Below are positions 1 through 10,275 of a stretch of DNA of 64,000 nucleotides, one piece after another (position 1 is the stretch's first letter; the number at the start of each line of letters is the position of its first letter). The DNA is from Dimorphilus gyrociliatus. Lineage: Eukaryota > Animalia > Annelida. A program made the position numbers and the translations under genes. Location of the stretch: assembly GCA_904063045.1 (NCBI GenBank), contig CAJFCJ010000048.1:22194-86193 (forward strand), given 5' to 3'. The notes under the pieces are model-generated. The model ran no database searches and was not told the origin of the DNA. It saw only the letters and a list, made by a program, of their open reading frames with translations.

Positions 1-212
1 CTTTTGTTCAGATCTACTTTGTCAATAGACAAGGATTGTTGAAATTAACAACTTTTTTGTCTTGTCAGCTTTTCCAGGTAAGTTGGAAAAATGCTTTAAT
101 TATCACAATTCTAAGTTTGCTACGTAAGTGAGACAGACAATAAAAAGAGAAATATTGCTTTTTTAACTAGATATTGAAAATTAGAAAAAAGTAAATGTCA
201 TTCAGAGTTTCA

Positions 213-688
213 ATGCAGAGAATGAATTTATTCCTGTTCATCATTTGCATTCTATCAATGCAATATGTGGTTAGTGAAGGTAGAGTAATTAATGTTTTTT
301 GGCAGTAGAAGTCTTTGAATAAATAATTTTTTATGTAGAAAATGTTACGGTGTGCGACTATCACTTAATTACAGAGAATACAACTATACCTAAAGGTACA
401 AATATTACTATAAGTACACTGCATGGACGTTTTGTCACTTTAAATGAATGTAGAAGTCGATGTTGCATGAAGATTTCTTGTACGTGAGTAAAGAGGGAAG
501 TGTATTTTGCTAAATGCTTTGTACCAGTTTCTAATTTATTCAGATCATTTAACTATTGGTCTTCAGGATTCTGTGAAATGTTTGCACTGAACACAATTTT
601 TAGTCAATTGAAGACCACTGACAATTTTTCCTATACATATTATAAAAAAGGCAATTGCTTTAAATTACTACAATTTTATAAATTTTAG
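213..688 (+). CDS. Small secreted PAN/apple-domain protein, 3 exons (213-279, 339-483, 544-688)
   Basis: Manual splicing via GT-AG introns 280-338 and 484-543 gives a signal peptide MQRMNLFLFIICILSMQYVVSE followed by ...LNECRSRCCMKISCTSFNYWSSGFCEMF, the PAN pattern C-x3-C...C-xSFxY...C-xL. The 3' end is uncertain. Confidence 0.7.
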
Positions 689-708
689 GTATGATGACAA
701 TATTGTAA

Positions 709-802
709 AGGGTTAGGAGCAATCAAAAAGGTTAAGGAGATACAAGGGCTAGGTTAGGGTTAGGGTTAAAAAGTGGATTTGGGGACGTATTCTGTCGTAT
801 CC
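709..802 (+). mobile_element. Partial copy of the TTAGGG-bearing MULE MITE (right half)
   Basis: Near-identical to 55497-55590: gggctaggttagggttagggttaaa...tttggggacgt(a/t)ttctgtcgtatcc. Confidence 0.85.
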
Positions 803-994
803 ATTGCAATCATACCTAAAATTTAAACTTCATTTTTATCAAATTCATTAATTTATAAAAACAAATGAAACACACAAAACAAATGGCTAATTAACTAGGA
901 AAAGAAGAGTTATTCTGATAATTACAACAATATAATATAATTGGTTTTGATATTTTATTTAATTTGTTTTTAATCCATATATTTTCAAAATCTG

Positions 995-1243
995 AAATGT
1001 CATATCATAATATCCTATTGGGCATTAGCGTGATTATTAATTTCCATATATTTTCTCCCAATTTCCCTTGTTAACCACAAATCTAAGGAAAATTTCATAG
1101 AATCAGAAGACAATTGGAAGAATAGCATTTTTTGCCATTTTCTTGGAATGCTAGTGATATTGTGCTTCTATATTTCATCCTTAACTTTACTCTTCATAAC
1201 TATAGACAGATGCGCAACTATTTGCCAATCCAGTATTGACTAA
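995..1243 (+). pseudogene. LGR/GRL101-type GPCR fragment (TM2-TM3)
   Basis: The frame reads ALA*LLISIYFL...EDNWKNSIFCHFLGMLVILCFYISSLTLLFITIDRC, matching the W-x2-S-x2-C...G...S...IT-DR motif of LGR TM3. In-frame TGA at 1031 and no flanking exons seen. Confidence 0.7.
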
Positions 1244-1767
1244 CAATCCTGATATTGCGCACGCACTAAGCTTCATTTGGCCTAGGGTTAGTGCACAATT
1301 TCCTATTTTATTCTCTCTATAAACTCTTGAATTATCTTATAATCTTGAATTTGGTAGTAAGTTTAATACAATTCTCCAAGGACTCAAATCGGTTACAGAA
1401 CTAAACTGCCAAACTGGGGAAATGTATTGCCTTTTATACATTAGTATGCCCATTTTTTTTAATTTTTTCATAATTTAGAGTAAAAATCAATGTGCAATAT
1501 AGATTTTTCAAAGAAACGTTGATAATTTCCATTTGAGAGTAGATGACTTTTGTTTGGCTTAAGAAGGTTGACAGATGTTCAATGAGAATCATGGTTAATG
1601 AACAAACAAGATGAAAGATTATCAACATTAAAAGTGTCAGTATCACCACAAGAATTAGCATTTTAACTAGAACATTTGATAGATTGACAGAACAAGCAAG
1701 TGATGACAATGGTAATGGAGAAAAATAATAATTTTTTTACAAGATAAAACTTCATTATCAATAGTTA

Positions 1768-2034
1768 TCATAAACTTCTGATACGTTGCATATCTATGAA
1801 AGTAAAACTTTTAACATCACTCTTAACATATATGAATTCTGTTGGAATATTTTTACAGAAAAGGCATCCAGATATTGAAAATGTCTCCAAGCACCATGAG
1901 CAGACAACCATGTGACTGCATGGAATCATCAATACATTTGCTATTCTTGACAAACACAGTTTGCAATTCAACACTCTGCTGTTTTCTTCATATTTTACTC
2001 CTTCGTCGTGTAAGCTGAAAGTTTCATTACTCAA
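1768..2034 (-). CDS. RING-HC (IAP/MGRN-type C3HC4) zinc-finger exon or fragment
   Basis: CKLC...LMIPCSHMVVCSWC...CLFCK. There is no ATG start, so this is probably a terminal exon or relic. Confidence 0.65.
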   Translation of the reverse strand: MSNETFSLHDEGVKYEENSRVLNCKLCLSRIANVLMIPCSHMVVCSWCLETFSISGCLFCKNIPTEFIYVKSDVKSFTFIDMQRIRSL

Positions 2035-3073
2035 TCAAAAAAAATGCGATTTAGATATACACAGAAAGATATTGCTGAGTTTAAAAACATTATTATTCAC
2101 TATCTATTCAATCAAAAATTAGGGGACTAAGCTGCATAAATCAAATAGGAAACTATCTTATTATAATTATATCTTTGGTTATTTAAAGATGTTCTGTGCA
2201 CAAATGTAGATGATCTATGGAGGGCAACTTAAAATTAAAGAAATTTTTACCAATTAAAAGTAGTTATTCTGTATAGCTTAATATCTAAACTAAAAATTTT
2301 ACAAGGTGGCTGGGTACTTTTTGCCTATAATGTATATATAATATCAATGATAGAATCAAGGACAAGGAAACAAGAACCTGGAAACTTGAAAGAGAACAAT
2401 GATATCTATTCAAACCTTTATACCTAGACCAACTGTATTAATTGCAACAGAAGCAAAGGACGAATGATGATAAATCAGATTCAAAGAAAACCCTGCAATA
2501 ATAAATCTTGCAATAGTGGATTTTACCTACACAGTCGAGGGATGCTGGCCAAAAATCTATTGCATAATGGCTTGGATCCTAAAATTCAAGATTAATTCTC
2601 ATCTATCCAGAGGCAAACATTCAAAGGAAAAAAAGATATCAACTAGGTTTATCACAATGATTCTTATTAAAAACTGTACAACCTGATTATTTCGTAACTT
2701 ATGGAAAATCAATACTACATTTCTGATCATGCATGATGGAAAATGTCCACAAATGAGATATTTGGATATCAGATTTTGGGTTGAAATAATAGATGAAAGG
2801 TATAAAAATGGTTAGAAAAATAAAGTGAATTTTAAAAATTCAGTTAAAATTGGTTAAAAAACTGCATATTGTAGTTGTTTTTTCTTAAAAATAGGACAAA
2901 ACAAAAATGATTAACTTGCCTCATTGATGAAGATGTTTGTCGCAATTAGGTATTTGTGAGTTATTTACTATTATTATTAAATAGAATCCTATTTGAGAAT
3001 TGAACAGATTAACAGTTTTGTTATTCATATGATGCCACGTTGGCAAAGCTTATCAGTTAGAACACTCATCATA

Positions 3074-3372
3074 TTTGTACTGCGTTGTACAGTAATTGTA
3101 GGAATCTCGAGTTCGTTACGATTGAATTCGTCCTCACCAATCATTTACCAATAAACCAAAGTACTGGTCCAAATAGAACCTTTCAAGTTCGTCCCACAGG
3201 TAGTCTCAACGAACGCAATTCCGGCAAAAATTAATCAATGAACCGCCAGTATTTCGTGCAAAGAGTATGTATTGAGTATAATGAGTTTTAGTTCTAAACA
3301 AGCAAGTTTAAACAACTAGCTAACAGTTAAAACTGAACTGCCAAACTGGGAAATGTATTTCCTTTTATACAT
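3074..3372 (-). repeat. Unclassified ~300-bp dispersed repeat (family B), near full-length copy
   Basis: The reverse complement aligns by eye with 33650-33955 (gctagttgtttaaac...ggttctatttggaccagtactttgg...ggtaaatgattgg...ttcctacaattac). Confidence 0.8.
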
Positions 3373-3699
3373 TTACCAAAGCTTGGGTTCACTTGGTCAA
3401 AAGATTACAAAGTTGAAATGTAACAGTCTCACAATGCACATATAACAAAGACATGAAAAACTATTGCATCACTTCTGGCTAAGATAAAACAAGCCTGCCT
3501 CTTTGGCATTTGTTTTTGAATAAGATGTAACAAGTTTGACATGCATTTTTTCTATATTGTTTGTTCCATTGTTAATTCTATAATGCAACATCTGTTTTGG
3601 TCAAAGAATTATACTTTGTGCGATAGATGAGTACTTTCATTTTTGGTTTTTAATAAATTTTCTTTCCATTTCTGCACTTGGTAACTTTTTTACAGAAAT

Positions 3700-3845
3700 A
3701 ATTAGGATCACCAGAGCTTTCTGATCCAGAACCAGGTATAGCTTGTGGATCTACAGGACCAGGAGAACCTAGTGGACCTGCAGAACCAGCAGTAGCTTAC
3801 GAATTTACAGGAACAGGGGTAACTTGGGGACCTACATCATCGGGC
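3700..3845 (-). pseudogene. Decayed collagen-like Gly-X-Y stretch
   Basis: The minus frame reads DVGPQVTPVPVNS*ATAGSAGPLGSPGPVDPQAIPGSGS, with Gly periodicity partly eroded and an internal stop. Confidence 0.4.
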
Positions 3846-4934
3846 AAATAATATCGGCGAAATAATTTAATGACAATTACTAGAAAAAAAGGTACAAATA
3901 TTTAAATTTTCAAGTTCAAGGTTATACAAATGAATTCTCCTTTGAGAATTATGGACAATTAAATTGGTGATGATATATTTAAAGATTTATCTGAGATTAT
4001 TACTTTATGAGTATACTCTTTTGGCTCTAACTAATCTCACAAAGGTACCATAAATTTTAATTATAGGTGATTAATATTTTTTGTACAGCTAGTCAAAAAC
4101 TTTGAATTTTTTATTAGTCACGTGATCATTTTTACAATCCAATTGTCCGATAGGACGACTAAAGGACTTTTTATCAGTTAACAGCAACAACCATAAACTT
4201 CATTTGTAAATCAAAATATTTAGAGTTTTAGACATTTTTACTCTTGTTACAATTACTTAATATCGCGACTGTATATATCTGTATACTTGAGGAAATATGA
4301 AAAACATGGCAAAAATATTCAAACTACTTAATAAGCTTCTTAAATGTTGATTTTTTTTCTATTATTGGCATAAGTAAATTGTTTATTTGGGTAAATGATA
4401 AATCAACTGAGTTCATGTTCAATTGTTCACATTGTTGTTCAATCAAAGAGTAATTTTTGGCTATATCACTTTTCCAAAAAATATAGCCTGTAAAAACAGC
4501 AAACAAGTTTGACCAATTTTTTTGTCAACCCAACTGCAAAACATTTATTATACATCATTATACTTTTTAGGAATGAAAAATATCTCACAAAGTTCCGTTA
4601 TTCCACATGAAAAGAATGTTTTTAACAACAGACGTCATCAAATGCAAACTACAGATGGAAGGAGGACAAATCCCAACCTGTAGCTGAGTAGAAGAAAGAA
4701 AAGGAAAAAGAAATGACACAAGCAAATCACTGCAAAATTATTCCAGAATATTTCATAAATGGTTTACGGAGAGATTTTAGACTTGGAAGAGTATTATCAC
4801 ATCAGGTATTATCTTATGCAGCATACATTTACGCTCCTTGAGTTATGTACAAATATATTCTATTTGGTTCAGGGAAAACTGGTTCATATTATTCTTCTGT
4901 ATTATAAAGTGTGAAAAAAGTTGCCTAATTGTTG

Positions 4935-5115
4935 CTTTTACTTATTAGTTAATCGCTTGAAGCATGAAGCCTCTTTAATTGCAGTTTTCGAAAAACTTCT
5001 AACAGAAAAGAAATGAAGAAAATATGAGAGACAAATGACTATAACAAAACTTTTGATATAAGGGATGAATAAAAATTTGTTCAAATAACTGCATTTGATC
5101 TACTGGAAAAATACA
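4935..5115 (+). mobile_element. MULE transposase C-terminal relic
   Basis: FYLLVNRLKHEASLIAVFEKLLTEKK*RKYERQ, homologous to the 5519 and 36392 ORF segments. Confidence 0.7.
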
Positions 5116-5479
5116 GCAAATATATATTGTACAACTTTTGCATATATTTTATTACACTTGTATTATAGACAAAATAGCTATGCCATTTACAAACCACTTA
5201 AGAAAACACAAACACATTACCTTTTGGCCAAGTTATAATTCAATCAGCTTTCATAAAAGGCAAGGATTATGTCTAGTGGACTTTGTCACATCCTCTCACT
5301 AAACATAAACATGAACTAGAGCATTAGCCAACTGCAAACTAATGCTTGGATATCATCAACTAACCAAAGAGTATATAAAGTCTTGTAATTTCATTCTAAT
5401 CATCTACATCTATCTCCATCTCTATCTCCATTTCTAACTCCACCTCTTAACCTGAAAAGATCATCTGAAACAAGCTGAA

Positions 5480-5815
5480 TATTCTAGCATAGTGAAATTG
5501 CTAGAATTGGACTAAACAGTGATCTTCTGGAATATATTGAGAAAATTATTATGGAAACCAAATAACTGGTCAGTTTTTGGTTTGTCTATTAGGACCAATA
5601 ATGATTGTGAAGGATGGTATCAAAGAATGAACAGTAAGCTACCTGCTAAAGGGTCTTTTTACATGCTGGTTCATGAGCTAAAAAAAGAGTCTGAGTTGAT
5701 TGCAGTTTATGAGAAATTACTGTCAGAAAAAAGGATTTACAAACATCAAAAGAAAAAGTATATTGACATCCAAAAGAAAATTTTTGATTTATGGGATGAT
5801 TTCAAGTTGAACAAA
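5480..5815 (+). mobile_element. MULE transposase C-terminal relic
   Basis: WSVFGLSIRTNNDCEGWYQRMN...FYMLVHELKKESEL. The RTNNxxEGW motif is typical of Mutator transposases. Confidence 0.8.
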
Positions 5816-6719
5816 TTGACATCAATAGACAAGAGAAATCTTATTGTGATTCAAAAAAAGAATCCTTTTTATACTGCTAGACAAGCTTATAGCCAATGGG
5901 CCATAGCAGATAAGGTGAGTTTATCTTCTGCTAAGAATATATTATTCAATAATGGATTAAAAAGCTATGTGGCAAAGTAAAACCTTTGACAAAATTGGGG
6001 CATCGAAAAAAGAGAATTCTCTTTGCCAAAAAAACACTTAAAAAAGAAGAGAATGAGCTTAATAGTTACATTTTTTTCGGATGAAACAACATTTGACCTG
6101 TTTCCTAAACAGAAAGTCAGAGTCAGATGTAAATGGGAGGATAAAGACAAGCCAAGAAACACCAGGATCAGTTTTAAGACCCAAGACTGTAAGCTGATGG
6201 TCTGGGTAGCCATCAAATATGATTGTCCCAGAGCTCTGGCATATTGCTCTGAATCAATGGACTCAGAGAAATATATCTTAACTTTAAAAGAGCATATACT
6301 TCCTATTTATAAGATGGAGGACATCTTCCAACAGGATGGAGCACGATACCACACCTACAAAATATCTAAATCTTTTTTAAGGTGAAACAAGATAATGTAT
6401 CTATAAGACTGGCCTGCCCAGAGTCCAGACTTGAATATTATTGAGAATCTCTGGGCAGTGCTCAAACAGAGAGTTTAAAAAAAATTGCAAAAACTCTGGA
6501 GGATTTGAAAGCTATCATAGAAGAGGAATATTTTTTGATTTCTGAAGACTATATAAAACATTTATATAGCTCCATAAATAAGAGATGCCGTCTTGTCATC
6601 CAAAATAAAGGGTATGGGATAAATTATTAAGTGAAGTTGAAATTTTTACATTATTTGAAATACCTGCCAGAAATTTGACCTCCTCCATTTTTGCAAAAAT
6701 TTGTCAATAAAAATTACTG
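5815..6719 (+). mobile_element. Tc1-type (DD34E) transposase pseudogene, 5'-truncated
   Basis: HTH-like NPFYTARQ...VSLSSAKNILFNNGL, then FFSDETTF, LMVWVAI, FQQDGARYHT and DWPAQSPDLNIIENLW, with stops and frameshifts. Confidence 0.9.
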
Positions 6720-6839
6720 GAAAGTAAAAAAAAATGCTTAAATGAATTTTATCTTTAAATTCAGTTGTATAAATGTCTTATCCTTCATTCTAAACAAAAA
6801 AAAATAACTAAGCAAGTCCTTTGAGGTAAATATTTCCCT

Positions 6840-7025
6840 TTTTCCACTTTAAGGACAACCCTGCCCAAGATTTTTTATTGGGACTGTATAAATGAACTAT
6901 TATTTTGTTGTTAAGTGGGTCTGAGCTAAAGGCTAGGGAAAGTAAAGTGAAGTAGATAAGGGCTAGGGCTGGGTTTGTGGTTAGGGTAAAAACTTCAAAT
7001 TCATCCATGTTTTCTGTTGTATTCC
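6840..7025 (+). mobile_element. Degenerate copy of the TTAGGG MITE
   Basis: agggctagggctgggtttgtggttagggtaaaa...catgttttctgttgtattcc matches the right half of the family. Confidence 0.6.
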
Positions 7026-8310
7026 ATCAATGATTTAATTTGTTAAAGAATTTATAGCCAAAATTGAAAACAGCTGACCTATGGAACGAAACTGCTTTTT
7101 TACCAATAAACTTAATGATAAGAGGTAAATGTTTATTCAACCATAAGAATGAAAAGTAAACTTTTTAAAGAGATTGAGAGTTCAGATATCTAATTTACAA
7201 AAATGGCATAGAGGAAGAAAATAGAAGTATATTTATAACATTTCAATTGGGACAGTTTCCCATACAAGTACGAATAACACAAATGCATACTGGGAAAAAT
7301 TACCTAATTGGAATGGAAACGTTTTATCCTATAATTATACTTCCGGTTCAATATCCAGATGTTTTGGAAATGTTCCGAAAAATGCTGCGAGCTTTCTTTC
7401 AGGGACAGCTGCTTCTATTGGCACAGACAATATTTGCCAGAGTAATATGACACATTTACTTGTTTGTTTTAAATGTACAAATTGACACTTCCTCTAGTAT
7501 CTACAACTTACTTACAATAGTTAAAAGATCAAAAGGTGAGATAAACCATAGATTCCTGGATGTTGAATTTGAAAAATTTATGAATCACCCGCATTATCAA
7601 CATCTAATGGTCCAAATTGAATTAACGAAAGTTGCTTTGCCGATGCTTGCAATCCTTTAAACATAGATTTAAATTCTTTTGAAAAGAAATGATCACTAGC
7701 TATAGTAACTTTTTGTAATGATTTACATTCTCCCAAGAAAATGGATAAATTCTTACTTTGATCTTCGTTAAAAGCGCAATTATATCAATATTTTTATATT
7801 AAAGATCAATATTTAAAAGGGAATACGAAGATGATATTAAGCCTTTACATATTTTTTGAAAACCTTTTTGTAACTCATACATTCTGTGAGTAAATCACTT
7901 TTTTGAAGAGATCCTGTAGATAATTCCAGTAAATTAATAGCACTTGTGAATAATTTAATATTTCGAAAGAGTTCTATATGAACAGATTTTAGGTGACATT
8001 TGTCCAGTATAAACTGCTAAATTTTCTAAACTACGATTGGCTATTTTGTTGCAAAAGCACCAGTAGGTCACGGACACTGCATTTGTAGTTGGAAAACGTT
8101 TTTGTACTTGTCTCCAGGCAACAGTAAGACATTGTAAACAAACAGAAAAATACAGGGGCTGTTACTAATAGTTACGAGAGATTACATCCTTGCAGCTTTG
8201 TAGTTTAATATTAGCGAGTTTAACAAGGGTTTTATGTTTAATTTATACCAAAAATTTCAAGAGACAAAGTTAGAAATTAAGGGGAAAAATTTTTTGGATG
8301 AAATACGCAG

Positions 8311-8357
8311 GGATGCGGCAGAAAATGTCCACAAAATGATGCTTTTACCCTAACCCT
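8311..8357 (-). mobile_element. TTAGGG MITE terminal fragment
   Basis: ggatgcggcagaaaatgtccacaaa...ttttaccctaaccct. Confidence 0.75.
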
Positions 8358-8369
8358 CAGTCTAGATGC

Positions 8370-8570
8370 TCCCAAGTACAAAGCAGCAGTTGTCTTAGCT
8401 GTTGTGTTCTGGGATAGTCAAGGTATCATTTACCTAGAGTATACTGAACCAAAAGTTAGTTTTTAACTCTGAAATTTATATGGAGATATTAAAAAGACTG
8501 AAGGATAGGTTGAAAAGAGTAAGACCGGGAAAAGATGTGTAGATTGACAATGCAAGATGTCGCACTGCAA
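8370..8570 (+). mobile_element. mariner-type transposase fragment
   Basis: VVFWDSQGIIYLEY-[frameshift]-NSEIYMEILKRLKDRLKRVRPGKDV*IDNAR matches the mariner VFWD..G...RPG...DNA core. Confidence 0.8.
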
Positions 8571-8578
8571 AAAAAAAC

Positions 8579-8670
8579 GAGGTCAACAGAAAATGTCTAC
8601 TGATGAAACTTTCAAAGCTAGATTAGGGTTAGGTAAAAGTATACTTTTGAGGACGTTTTCTTTCACATCC
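8579..8670 (+). mobile_element. Internally deleted 92-bp TTAGGG MITE
   Basis: Both termini are present (gaggtcaacagaaaatgtc ... ggacgttttctttcacatcc) around attagggttaggtaaaa. Confidence 0.7.
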
Positions 8671-9029
8671 AAAAAGTTTATATTGTCTATTATAAATTGA
8701 AAAATAATTGAACAAGTGAGACTACAAAATCGATAATCTATCATATTTAGGACAAAATTTAAAATTTGTTCATTTCTATAAAGATTATTTGTTTTAAAAA
8801 CATTCAATGCAAAGATATTTTACAAGCCTATTTTAGCAAATTAAAACTGTTTGACTATATTAAAATATTTTACTGTTCTTCTCTTGTCAATTAAACTTGA
8901 CCAAGAGTAGTTTAGATCAAACTGCGCTTACCGAAGATCATCCAAAGGTAGTTTTTTTTAGTTTTACTTAATGAATTATCTTTATGATTATTGAATAGTT
9001 TCAATTATATTCAATTTTGCGATTGAACT

Positions 9030-9541
9030 ATGGACGACTCTAAACCAAACATTCAAGGAAAAAAAGATGAGAAAGCTGTATTTGGTCAGGAATACGGAAT
9101 ATATAAGATTTCTTCCAAAGGAGGTATGCCTTGTAATCAATCTCCATATCCTTATCCTCAACCAGTGTTAGCTCAACCTTTGTCAACAACTATGAATAAT
9201 CAGATTTATGGGCAGCAGCCTAATCATTTGATAACTCATAAACCACCGGTTCGTGATACAATGGTAAATTAGAAATAACAGAAAAAACGTATTATTTATC
9301 AAAATCTATTTTGCAGATATTGAGCATTTGTTCTATGCTATTCTGTATCTGTATTGGTTTAGCATCATTGGTTAAGAGTATACAGAGTAGAAAAGCAAGA
9401 GATAGAGGTCGAGTTGATGAAGCAAATAAAAAGGCATTATGCGCTAGAAAATTTGCATTTGCAGCCATAATTACAGGCTTATGCTTTGCTTTTGTTAGCA
9501 TTGTAACAAGAATAATTCTAACAATTATGGCAGTTCAATAA
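9030..9541 (+). CDS. CD225/dispanin (IFITM/PRRT-like) membrane protein, 2 exons (9030-9263, 9317-9541), ~152 aa
   Basis: A phase-0 53-nt intron joins a P/Q/Y-rich N-terminus to ILSICSMLFCICIGLASLVKSIQSRKARDRGRVDEANKKALCARKFAFAAIITG, the CD225 pattern. Confidence 0.85.
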
Positions 9542-10186
9542 TTGTTTGTTTTTTGTTCAAAATACTTGAAAGATTTTTCTCAGAAGATGTAAATTCTCCA
9601 AAGTTAATAAAAGCAAACTGCTAGTTAATACATAATTTTGAATTTTTACTCTTTAGGTTAGAAATTAACAATGCTAGGAAGACAATAAAAAATCATTTGT
9701 TTCAATTTTGATATCTAGGGGGACAAAAAAAACAATATAACAGACTAAATCTCTTCACTAAGATATCTCTGCAGAGAGCTCCTTTTCGTACATTTTAAAG
9801 CGGAGAGTTATAAGGACAAGTGTATTTGAATTGCTAAGGGTTTGAAGTCTGTTTGTAGGTTTGTCCATTCTGAGAGAGGGTATTGTTTTTGTTTTTAAAT
9901 CCAGGCACAAAGACAAATAATGAGATTTTGCTATTTATGTTTAAAAAAGAAGTAAGAATAAGAGAAATAATTTCCATTGATTATATAATTCCGAGTTCAA
10001 TTTATCCGCTTTTTAATGCATGGAAATAAGAGACCAGGACACAAATAATTGGTAAATTAACAAAAAAGCATGATTGTCAATTGTTAAAGATTCTTCAATC
10101 CCATAATAATTTTGATAAATTATTTCTATTAAAATCTATCTATAAATTCTTTTTGCGGATTATTAATTGATCATTAAACGGATTAA

Positions 10187-10217
10187 ACAGAGAGAAAGAG
10201 AGAGAGAGAGAGAGAGA
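10187..10217. repeat. (GA)n microsatellite
   Basis: Direct tandem repeat. Confidence 0.9.
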
Positions 10218-10275
10218 TAAAGTTTATATCAAATATTCTTTATCATCATCGAAAAAAAAATTGCAGTCTCAAAAC

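Noticed and set aside
3074-3372. Hammerhead ribozyme or tRNA head in the family B repeat
   Set aside because: No intact CTGANGA...GAAA core with stems, and no Pol III A/B boxes or cloverleaf recognised.
7250-7490. C-type-lectin-like Cys/Trp exon (AYWEKLPNWNGNVLSY...ICQS...VC)
   Set aside because: I could not build a convincing spliced model or find the WIGL/WND motifs.
7460-8200. Possible dynamin/GTPase-like relic on the minus strand (PTGAFATK*PIVV; IQHPGI)
   Set aside because: No G1 (GxxxxGKS) motif, multiple stops, and the resemblance is too weak.
8311-8670. Pack-MULE composite that captured a mariner fragment
   Set aside because: The outer GGAT/ATCC ends are inverted, but the flanking 9-mers (aatacgcag vs aaaaagttt) do not match. 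Independent insertions are simpler.
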